Shown here: positions 13,691 through 25,600 of the stretch, in pieces
Numbering within the stretch: position 1 is the first letter of the stretch
How the letters are laid out: the number at the start of each line of letters is the position of its first letter
Origin: Octopus sinensis
Lineage: Eukaryota
DNA length: 64,000 nucleotides
Direction of reading: 5' to 3'
NCBI RefSeq assembly: GCF_006345805.1
Contig: NC_043023.1
Coordinates: 7,006,001-7,070,000 of the forward strand
Translations under genes and position numbers: made by a program
Notes under the pieces: model-generated
Seen by the model: only the letters and a program-made list of their open reading frames with translations
Database searches by the model: none
What the model was told of the DNA's origin: nothing

Positions 13691-16600
13691 ATATTTTTTG
13701 TTTTTGTTTATGGTGGTGAGCTGGCAGAATTGTAGGCGCAGGCATGGCTGTGTGGTAAGAAGCTTGCTTCCCAACCACGTGGTTCTGGGTTCAGTCCTAC
13801 TGTGTGGCATCTTGAGCAAGTGTCTTCTGCTATAGCCACGGGCTGACCAAAGCCTTGTGAGTGGATTTTGTAAACAAAAACTGAAAGAAGCCAATCATAT
13901 ATATATGTATGTATGTATGTATTTTTGTGTCTATGTTAGTTCCCAAATCATCGCTTGTCAACCGATGTTGGTGTGTTTACATCCCCCTAACCTAATGGTT
14001 TGGCAAAAGAGACCGATAAAGTAAGTACTAAGTTTACAAAGAGTAAGTCCTGGGGTTGATTTGCTCGACTAAAGACGGTGCTCCAGCATGGCCACAGTCA
14101 CATGGCTGAAACAAGTAAATGAGAAAAAGAGAGAGTATTACATTTGACAAAGACATCTGAATGCTAAAGGCTTAGTATCAGGACTGTGGAGTCAGAGTTA
14201 GAAACAATTAAGGGATAGCTGGAGTCGGTAAAACGAAACTGACTCTGACTCACAATATTCTTTAATATAAACCAAAGTACAGACGTATGCATTTGCTTTA
14301 TATGTAAACCACAATTACTTAATTACATAGAGGAGTCGGAATCAGAGGTGCTAATGGTAGAGGAGTTGGAGTCAGAGGTGCTTATGGTAGAGGAGTCAAA
14401 GTTTTTTGTTTTGACTCCACAGCCCTGCTTAATATCCACCCCCCACACTTGTCTGTCTGTTTGTACGTATAGCTATTTACTAGCAGTAAAGCCCAGCATT
14501 ACTTGGGTTTGTTTTTTAGTTGTACTTAAAACAGTAGACTTTGATGTCACGTTAACAAAGTTTTGACATAGTTTCAATCTATGAATAAAAGTATAGAGTG
14601 GTGATGCTCAAGTTTGCTCTGAATGTGCTGCAAATGTGTAATGCCGACTCCAATTGTTGGTTAATATTCGTTCTATTAACATTATGGAGGAAAAATTACC
14701 CGTAGATATAAAGCAAAATGGAGCTCAAGTTTTGAACTGCACTGAAAATCTACTAAGAAGTTAACACTGCAACAGTATTCATTAAGAAAAAGTACAGGAA
14801 AATCCGTCGTTCGCTCAAACCCAGTGACATCACAAAAAAATTCTTTTCAACCCTTTAGAATTGGAATTTTTGAAAAGTAAAAATTTTGCATTAAGTAGCT
14901 TGTTATTCTCTTTAAGTGAACATTTTTCTGGTTGAAATACACCAAAAAATGGTGACACAGCAGTGAAAAAATTGTAAATAATAGGGATTTTCATAGAAAA
15001 AACGCACCATTTTGATGTAAATAATTTTTGGTGTTAACATGGTCCGATTTTAATTTTTTCTTCTATGGAAGGAAGAGCAAGCCTTCTTCTATCATATTCT
15101 CAATTTTGGTCAACTTGTGCCACAGGGTCTCGGAGGAGATAATGTTAGTTGAAGTCTACCAAACCTGCCACACAGATAACTTCAGCTTTATATATAGAGA
15201 GACTAGCAGTATCGCCCGGTGTTGCTTGAATCTCTTTCGACCCTTTAGAATTGAAATTTTTGAAAAGTAAAATTTCCGCACTATGTAGTTTGTTATTCTC
15301 TTTAAGTGAACATTTTTCTGGTTGAAATACACCAAAAAATGGTGACACAGCAGTCAAAAAATCGTAAAAAATAGGGATTTTATAAAAAAAAATGCAACCA
15401 TTTTGATGTAAATAATTTTTGGTGTTAGCATGGTCCAATTTGAATTTTTTCTCCTATGGAATGAAGAGCAAGCCTTCTTCTATCATACTCTCAATTTTGG
15501 TCAACTTGCGCCACAGGGTCTCGGAAGAGATAGTGTTAGTTGAAGGCTACCAAACCTGGCGCACACAGACAACTTCAGCTTTATATATAGAGAGACTAGC
15601 AGTATCGCCCGGTGTTGCTCGGGTTTTTTTTTGATCCTTTAGAATTGGAATTTTTGAAAAGTAAAAATTCCGCACTATGTAGTTTGTTATTCTCTTTAAG
15701 TGAACATTTTTCTGGTTGAAATACACCAAAAAATGGTGACACAGCAGTCAAAAAATCGTAAAAAATAGGGATTTTCATAGAAAAAAATGCACCATTTTGA
15801 TGTAATAATTTTTGGTGTTAGCATGGTCCAATTTGAATTTTTTCTCCTATGGAATGAAGAGCAAGCCTTCTTCTATCATACTCTCAATTTTGGTCAACTT
15901 GCGCCACAGGGTCTCGGAGAGAGATAGTGTTAGTTGAAGGCTACCAAACCTGGCGCACACAGACAACTTCAGCTTTATATATAGAGAGACTAGCAGTATC
16001 GCCGGTGTTGTTGCGGTTTTTTTTTTGATCCTTTAGAATTGGATTTTTGAAAAGTAAAAATTCCGCACTATGTAGTTTGTTATTCTCTTTAAGTGAACAT
16101 TTTTCTGGTTGAAATACACCAAAAAATGGTGACACAGCAGTCAAAAAATCGTAAAAAATAGGGATTTTCATAGAAAAAAATGCACCATTTTGATGTAAAT
16201 AATTTTTGGTGTTAACATGGTCCGATTTGAATTTTTTCTCCTATGGAATGAAGAGCAAGCCTTCTTCTATCATACTCTCAATTTTGGTCAACTTGCGCCA
16301 CAGGGTCTCGGAAGAGATAGTGTTAGTTGAAGGCTACCAAACCTGGCGCACACAGACAACTTCAGCTTTATATATAGAGAGACTAGCAGTATCGCCCGGT
16401 GTTGCTCGGGTTTTTTTTTGATCCTTTAGAATTGGAATTTTTGAAAAGTAAAAATTCCGCACTATGTAGTTTGTTATTCTCTTTAAGTGAACATTTTTCT
16501 GGTTGAAATACACCAAAAAATGGTGACACACCAGTCAAAAAATCGTAAAAAATAGGGATTTTCATAGAAAAAAATGCACCATTTTGATGTAAATAATTTT

Positions 16601-19600
16601 TGGTGTTAACATGGTCCGATTTGAATTTTTTCTCCTATGGAATGAAGAGCAAGCCTTCTTCTATCATACTCTCAATTTTGGTTAACTTGCGCCACAGGGT
16701 CTCGGAAGAGATAGTGTTAGTTGAAGGCTACCAAACCTGGCACACACAGACAACTTCAGCTTTATATATAGAGAGACTAGCAGTATCGCCCGGTGTTGCT
16801 CGGTTTTTTTTTTGATCCTTTAGAATTGGAATTTTTGAAAAGTAAAAATTCCGCACTATGTAGTTTGTTATTCTCTAAGTGAACATTTTTCTGGTTGAAA
16901 TACACCAAAAAATGGTGACACAGCAGTCAAAAAATCGTAAAAAATAGGGATTTTCATAGAAAAAAATGCACCATTTTGATGTAAATAATTTTTGGTGTTA
17001 ACATGGTCCGATTTGAATTTTTTCTCCTATGGAATGAAGAGCAAGCCTTCTTCTATCATACTCTCAATTTTGGTTAACTTGCGCCACAGGGTCTCGGAAG
17101 AGATAGTGTTAGTTGAAGGCTACCAAACCTGGCGCACACAGACAACTTCAGCTTTATATATAGAGACTAGCAGTATCGCCCGGTGTGCTCGGGTTTTTTT
17201 TTGATCCTTTAGAATTGGAATTTTTGAAAAGTAAAAATTCCGCACTATGTAGTTTGTTATTCTCTTTAAGTGAACATTTTTCTGGTTGAAATACACAAAA
17301 AAATGGTGACACAGCAGTCAAAAAATCGTAAAAAATAGGGATTTTCATAGAAAAAAATGCACCATTTTGATGTAAATAATTTTTGGTGTTAACATGGTCC
17401 GATTTGAATTTTTTCTCCTATGGAATGAAGAGCAAGCCTTCTTCTATCATACTCTCAATTTTGGTTAACTTGCGCCACAGGGTCTCGGAAGAGATAGTGT
17501 TAGTTGAAGGCTACCAAACCTGGCGCACACAGACAACTTCAGCTTATATATAGAGAGACTAGCAGTATCGCCCGGTGTTGCTCGGGTTTTTTTTTTGATC
17601 CTTTAGAATTGGAATTTTTGAAAAGTAAAAATTCCGCACTATGTGTTTGTTTATTCTCTTTAAGTGAACATTTTTCTGGTTGAAATACACCAAAAAATGG
17701 TGACACAGCAGTCAAAAAATCGTAAAAAATAGGGATTTTCATAGAAAAAAATGCACCATTTTGATGTAAATAATTTTTGGTGTTAGCATGGTCCAATTTG
17801 AATTTTTTCTCCTATGGAATGAAGAGCAAGCCTTCTTCTATCATACTCTCAATTTTGGTCAACTTGCGCCACAGGGTCTCGGAAGAGATAGTGTTAGTTG
17901 AAGGCTACCAAACCTGGCGCACACAGACAACTTCAGCTTTATATATAGAGAGACTAGCAGTATCGCCCGGTGTTGCTCGGGTTTTTTTTTTGATCCTTTA
18001 GAATTGGAATTTTTGAAAAGTAAAAATTCCGCACTATGTAGTTTGTTATTCTCTTTAAGTGAACATTTTTCTGGTTGAAATACACCAAAAAATGGTGACA
18101 CAGCAGTCAAAAAATCGTAAAAAATAGGGATTTTCATAGAAAAAAATGCACCATTTTGATGTAAATAATTTTTGGTGTTAACATGGTCCGATTTGAATTT
18201 TTTCTCCTATGGAATGAAGAGCAAGCCTTCTTCTATCATACTCTCAATTTTGGTCAACTTGCGCCACAGGGTCTCGGAAGAGATAGTGTTAGTTGAAGGC
18301 TACCAAACCTGGCGCACACAGACAACTTCAGCTTTATATAGAGAGACTAGCAGTATCGCCCGGTGTTGCTCGGGTTTTTTTGATCCTTTAGAATTGGAAT
18401 TTTTGAAAAGTAAAAATTCCGCACTATGTAGTTTGTTATTCTCTTTAAGTGAACATTTTTCTGGTTGAAATACACCAAAAAATGGTGACACAGCAGTCAA
18501 AAAATCGTAAAAAATAGGGATTTTCATAGAAAAAAATGCACCATTTTGATGTAAATAATTTTTGGTGTTAACATGGTCCGATTTGAATTTTTTCTCCTAT
18601 GGAATGAAGAGCAAGCCTTCTTCTATCATACTCTCAATTTTGGTTAACTTGCGCCACAGGGTCTCGGAAGAGATAGTGTTAGTTGAAGGCTACCAAACCT
18701 GGCGCACACAGACAACTTCAGCTTTATATATAGAGAGACTAGCAGTATCGCCCGGTGTTGCTCGGGTTTTTTTTTGATCCTTTAGAATTGGAATTTTTGA
18801 AAAGTAAAAATTCCGCACTATGTAGTTTGTTATTCTCTTTAAGTGAACATTTTTCTGGTTGAAATACACCAAAAAATGGTGACACAGCAGTCAAAAAATC
18901 GTAAAAAATAGGGATTTTCATAGAAAAAAATGCACCATTTTGATGTAAATAATTTTTGGTGTTAGCATGGTCCGATTTGAATTTTTTCTCCTATGGAATG
19001 AAGAGCAAGCCTTCTTCTATCATACTCTCAATTTTGGTTAACTTGCGCCACAGGGTCTCGGAAGAGATAGTGTTAGTTGAAGGCTACCAAACCTGGCGCA
19101 CACAGACAACTTCAGCTTTATATATAGAGAGACTAGCAGTATCGCCCGGTGTTGCTCGGGTTTTTTCTTGATCCTTTAGAATTGGAATTTTTGAAAAGTA
19201 AAAATTCCGCACTATGTAGTTTGTTATTCTCTTTAAGTGAACATTTTTCTGGTTGAAATACACCAAAAAATGGTGACACAGCAGTCAAAAAATCGTAAAG
19301 AATAGGGATTTTCATAGAAAAAAATGCACCATTTTGATGTAAATAATTTTTGGTGTTAACATGGTCCGATTTGATTTTTTCTCCTATGGAATGAAGAGCA
19401 AGCCTTCTTCTATCATACTCTCAATTTTGGTCAACTTGCGCCACAGGGTCTCGGAAGAGATAGTGTTAGTTGAAGGCTACCAAACCTGGCGCACACAGAC
19501 AACTTCAGCTTTATATATAGAGAGACTAGCAGTATCGCCGGTGTTGCTCAGGTTTTTTTTTGATCCTTTAGAATTGGAATTTTTGAAAAGTAAAAATTCC

Positions 19601-22600
19601 GCACTATGTAGTTTGTTATTCTCTTTAAGTGAACATTTTTCTGGTTGAAATACACCAAAAAATGGTGACACAGCAGTCAAAAAATCGTAAAAAATAGGGA
19701 TTTTCATAGAAAAAAATGCACCATTTTGATGTAAATAATTTTTGGTGTTAACATGGTCCGATTTGAATTTTTTCTCCTATGGAATGAAGAGCAAGCCTTC
19801 TTCTATCATACTCTCAATTTTGGTCAACTTGCGCCACAGGGTCTCGGAAGAGATAGTGTTAGTTGAAGGCTACCAAACCTGGCGCACACAGACAACTTCA
19901 GCTTTATATATAGAGAGACTAGCAGTATCGCCCGGTGTTGCTCAGTTTTTTTTTGATCCTTTAGAATTGGAATTTTTGAAAAGTAAAAATTCCGCACTAT
20001 GTAGTTTGTTATTCTCTTTAAGTGAACATTTTTCTGGTTGAAATACACCAAAAAATGGTGTGACACAGCAGTCAAAAATCGTAAAAAATAGGGATTTTCA
20101 TAGAAAAAAATGCACCATTTTGATGTAAATAATTTTTGTGTTAACATGGTCCGATTTGAATTTTTTCTCCTATGGAATGAAGAGCAAGCCTTCTTCTATC
20201 ATACTCTCAATTTTGGTCAACTTGCGCCACAGGGTCTCGGAAGAGATAGTGTTAGTTGAAGGCTACCAAACCTGGCGCACACAGACAACTTCAGCTTTAT
20301 ATATAGAGAGACTAGCAGTATCGCCCGGTGTTGCTCGGGTTTTTTTTTGATCCTTTAGAATTGGAATTTTTGAAAAGTAAAAATTCCGCACTATGTAGTT
20401 TGTTATTCTCTTTAAGTGAACATTTTTCTGGTTGAAATACACCAAAAAATGGTGACACAGCAGTCAAAAAATCGTAAAAAATAGGGATTTTCATAGAAAA
20501 AAATGCACCATTTTGATGTAAATAATTTTTGGTGTTAACATGGTCCGATTTGAATTTTTTCTCCTATGGAATGAAGAGCAAGCCTTCTTCTATCATACTC
20601 TCAATTTTGGTCAACTTGCGCCACAGGGTCTCGGAAGAGATAGTGTTAGTTGAAGGCTACCAAACCTGGCGCACACAGACAACTTCAGCTTTATATATAG
20701 AGAGACTAGCAGTATCGCCCGGTGTTGCTCGGGTTTTTTTTTGATCCTTTAGAATTGGAATTTTTGAAAAGTAAAAATTCCGCACTATGTAGTTTGTTAT
20801 TCTCTTTAAGTGAACATTTTTCTGGTTGAAATACACCAAAAAATGGTGACACACCAGTCAAAAAATCGTAAAAAATAGGGATTTTCATAGAAAAAAATGC
20901 ACCATTTGTTGTAAATATTTTTGGTGTTAACATGGTCCGATTTGAATTTTTTCTCCTATGGAATGAAGAGCAAGCCTTCTTCTATCATACTCTCAATTTT
21001 GGTTAACTTGCGCCACAGGGTCTCGGAAGAGGAAGAGATAGTGTTAGTTGAAGGCTACCAAACCTGGCACACACAGACAACTTCAGCTTTATATATAGAG
21101 AGACTAGCAGTATCGCCGGTGTTGCTCGGGTTTTTTTTTGATCTTTAGAATTGGAATTTTTGAAAAGTAAAAATTCCGCACTATGTAGTTTGTTATTCTC
21201 TTTAAGTGAACATTTTTCTGGTTGAATACACCAAAAAATGGTTGACACAGCAGTCAAAAAATCGTAAAAAAATAGGGATTTTCATAGAAAAAAATGCACC
21301 ATTGTTTGTATGTAAATATTTTTGGTGTTAACATGGTCCGATTGAATTTTTTCTCCTATGGAATGAAGAGCAAGCCTTCTTCTATCATACTCTCAATTTT
21401 GGTTAACTTGCGCCACAGGGTCTCGGAAGAGATAGTGTTAGTTGAAGGCTACCAAACCTGGCGCACACAGACAACTTCAGCTTTATATATAGAGAGACTA
21501 GCAGTATCGCCCGGTGTTGCTCGGGTTTTTTTTTGATCCTTTAGAATTGGAATTTTTGAAAAGTAAAAATTCCGCACTATGTTAGTGTTATTCTCTTTAA
21601 GTGAACATTTTTGGTTGAAATACACCAAAAAATGGGACACAGCAGTCAAAAAATCGATAAAAATAGGGATTTTCATAGAAAAAAATGCACCATTTTGATG
21701 TAAATAATTTTTGGTGTTAACATGGTCCGATTTGAATTTTTTCTCCTATGGAATGAAGAGCAAGCCTTCTTCTATCATACTCTCAATTTTGGTTAACTTG
21801 CGCCACAGGGTCTCGGAAGAGATAGTGTTAGTTGAAGGCTACCAAACCTGGCGCACACAGACAACTTCAGCTTTATATATAGAGAGACTAGCAGTATCGC
21901 CCGGTGTTGCTCGGGTTTTTTTTTGATCCTTTAGAATTGGAATTTTTGAAAAGTAAAAATTCCGCACTATGTAGTTTGTTATTCTCTTTAAGTGAACATT
22001 TTTCTGGTTGAAATACACCAAAAAATGGTGACACAGCAGTCAAAAAATCGTAAAAAATAGGGATTTTCATAGAAAAAAATGCACCATTTTGATGTAAACA
22101 ATTTTTGGTGTTAACATGGTCCGATTTGAATTTTTCTCCTATGGAATGAAGAGCAAGCCTTCTTCTATCATACTCTCAATTTTGGTTAACTTGCGCCACA
22201 GGGTCTCGGAAGAGATAGTGTTAGTTGAAGGCTACCAAACCTGGCGCACACAGACAACTTCAGCTTTATATATAGAGAGACTAGCAGTATCGCCCGGTGT
22301 TGCTCGGGTTTTTTTTTGATCCTTTAGAATTGGAATTTTTGAAAAGTAAAAATTCCGCACTATGTAGTTTGTTATTCTCTTTAAGTGAACATTTTTCTGG
22401 TTGAAATACACCAAAAAATGGTGACACAGCAGTCAAAAAATCGTAAAAAATAGGGATTTTCATAGAAAAAAATGCACCATTTTGATGTAAATAATTTTTG
22501 GTGTTAGCATGGTCCGATTGAATTTTTTCTCCTATGGAATGAAGAGCAAGCTTCTTCTATCATACTCTCAATTTTGGTTAACTTGCGCCACAGGGTCTCG

Positions 22601-25600
22601 GAAGAGATAGTGTTAGTTGAAGGCTACCAAACCTGGCGCACACAGACAACTTCAGCTTTATATATAGAGAGACTAGCAGTATCGCCCGGTGTTGCTCGGG
22701 TTTTTTCTTGATCCTTTAGAATTGGAATTTTTGAAAAGTAAAAATTCCGCACTATGTAGTTTGTTATTCTCTTTAAGTGAACATTTTTCTGGTTGAAATA
22801 CACCAAAAAATGGTGACACAGCAGTCAAAAAATCGTAAAAAATAGGGATTTTCATAGAAAAAAATGCACCATTTTGATGTAAATAATTTTTGGTGTTAAC
22901 ATGGTCCGATTTGAATTTTTTCTCCTATGGAATGAAGAGCAAGCCTTCTTCTATCATACTCTCAATTTTGGTTAACTTGCGCCACAGGGTCTCGAAGAGA
23001 TAGTGTTAGTTGAAGGCTACCAAACCTGGCGCACACAGACAACTTCAGCTTATATATAGAGAGACTAGCAGTATCGCCCGGTGTTGCTCAGGTTTTTTTT
23101 TGATCCTTTAGAATTGGAATTTTTGAAAAGTAAAAATTCCGCACTATGTAGTTTGTTATTCTCTTTAAGTGAACATTTTTCTGGTTGAAATACACCAAAA
23201 AATGGTGACACAGCAGTCAAAAAATCGTAAAAAATAGGGATTTTCATAGAAAAAAATGCACCATTTTGATGTAAATAATTTTTGGTGTTAGCATGGTCCG
23301 ATTTGAATTTTTTCTCCTATGGAATGAAGAGCAAGCCTTCTTCTATCATACTCTCAATTTTGGTTAACTTGCGCCACAGGGTCTCGGAAGAGATAGTGTT
23401 AGTTGAAGGCTACCAAACCTGGCGCACACAGACAACTTCAGCTTTATATATAGAGAGACTAGCAGTATCGCCCGGTGTTGCTCGGTTTTTTCTTGATCCT
23501 TTAGAATTGGAATTTTTGAAAAGTAAAAATTCCGCACTATGTAGTTTGTTATTCTCTTTAAGTGAACATTTTTCTGGTTGAAATACACCAAAAAATGGTG
23601 ACACAGCAGTCAAAAAATCGTAAAAAATAGGGATTTTCATAGAAAAAAATGCACCATTTTGATGTAAATAATTTTTGGTGTTAACATGGTCCGATTTGAA
23701 TTTTTTCTCCTATGGAATGAAGAGCAAGCCTTCTTCTATCATACTCTCAATTTTGGTTAACTTGCGCCACAGGGTCTCGGAAGAGATAGTGTTAGTTGAA
23801 GGCTACCAAACCTGGCGCACACAGACAACTTCAGCTTTATATATAGAGAGACTAGCAGTATCGCCCGGTGTTGCTCGGGTTTTTTCTTGATCCTTTAGAA
23901 TTGGAATTTTTGAAAAGTAAAAATTCCGCACTATGTAGTTGTTATTCTCTTTAAGTGAACATTTTTCTGGTTGAAATACACCAAAAAATGGTGACACAGC
24001 AGTCAAAAAATCGTAAAAAATAGGGATTTTCATAGAAAAAAATGCACCATTTTGATGTAAATAATTTTTGGTGTTAACATGGTCCGATTTGAATTTTTTC
24101 TCCTATGGAATGAAGAGCAAGCCTTCTTCTATCATACTCTCAATTTTGGTTAACTTGCGCCACAGGGTCTCGGAAGAGATAGTGTTAGTTGAAGGCTACC
24201 AAACCTGGCGCACACAGACAACTTCAGCTTTATATATAGAGAGACTAGCAGTATCGCCCGGTGTTGCTCGGGTTTTTTTTTGATCCTTTAGAATTGGAAT
24301 TTTTGAAAAGTAAAAATTCCGCACTATGTAGTTTGTTATTCTCTTTAAGTGAACATTTTTCTGGTTGAAATACACCAAAAAATGGTGACACAGCAGTCAA
24401 AAAATCGTAAAAAATAGGGATTTTCATAGAAAAAAATGCACCATTTTGATGTAAATAATTTTTGGTGTTAGCATGGTCCGATTTGAATTTTTTCTCCTAT
24501 GGAATGAAGAGCAAGCCTTCTTCTATCATACTCTCAATTTTGGTTAACTTGCGCCACAGGGTCTCGGAAGAGATAGTGTTAGTTGAAGGCTACCAACCTG
24601 GCGCACACAGACAACTTCAGCTTTATATATAGAGAGACTAGCAGTATCGCCCGGTGTTGCTCGGGTTTTTTCTTGATCCTTTAGAATTGGAATTTTTGAA
24701 AAGTAAAAATTCCGCACTATGTAGTTTGTTATTCTCTTTAAGTGAACATTTTTCTGGTTGAAATACACCAAAAAATGGTGACACAGCAGTCAAAAAATCG
24801 TAAAAAATAGGGATTTTCATAGAAAAAAATGCACCATTTTGATGTAAATAATTTTTGGTGTTAACATGGTCCGATTTGAATTTTTTCTCCTATGGAATGA
24901 AGAGCAAGCCTTCTTCTATCATACTCTCAATTTTGGTCAACTTGCGCCACAGGGTCTCGGAAGAGATAGTGTTAGTTGAAGGCTACCAAACCTGGTGCAC
25001 ACAGACAACTTCAGCTTTATATATAGAGAGACTAGCAGTATCGCCCGGTGTTGCTCAGGTTTTTTTTTGATCCTTTAGAATTGGAATTTTTGAAAAGTAA
25101 AAATTCCGCACTATGTAGTTTGTTATTCTCTTTAAGTGAACATTTTTCTGGTTGAAATACACCAAAAAATGGTGACACAGCAGTCAAAAAATCGTAAAAA
25201 ATAGGGATTTTCATAGAAAAAAATGCACCATTTTGATGTAAATAATTTTTGGTGTTAACATGGTCCGATTTGAATTTTTTCTCCTATGGAATGAAGAGCA
25301 AGCCTTCTTCTATCATACTCTCAATTTTGGTCAACTTGCGCCACAGGGTCTCGGAGAGATAGTGTTAGTTGAAGGCTACCAAACCTGGCGCACACAGACA
25401 ACTTCAGCTTTATATATAGAGAGACTAGCAGTATCGCCCGGTGTTGCTCAGGTTTTTTTTTGATCCTTTAGAATTGGAATTTTTGAGAAGTAAAAATTCC
25501 GCACTATGTAGTTTGTTATTCTCTTTAAGTGAACATTTTTCTGGTTGAAATACACCAAAAAATGGTGACACAGCAGTCAAAAAATCGTAAAAAATAGGGA

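Noticed and set aside
20900-21700. Locally high indel density in array units 16-18
   Set aside because: Mostly homopolymer or single-base indels typical of long-read consensus error, so not treated as biological.
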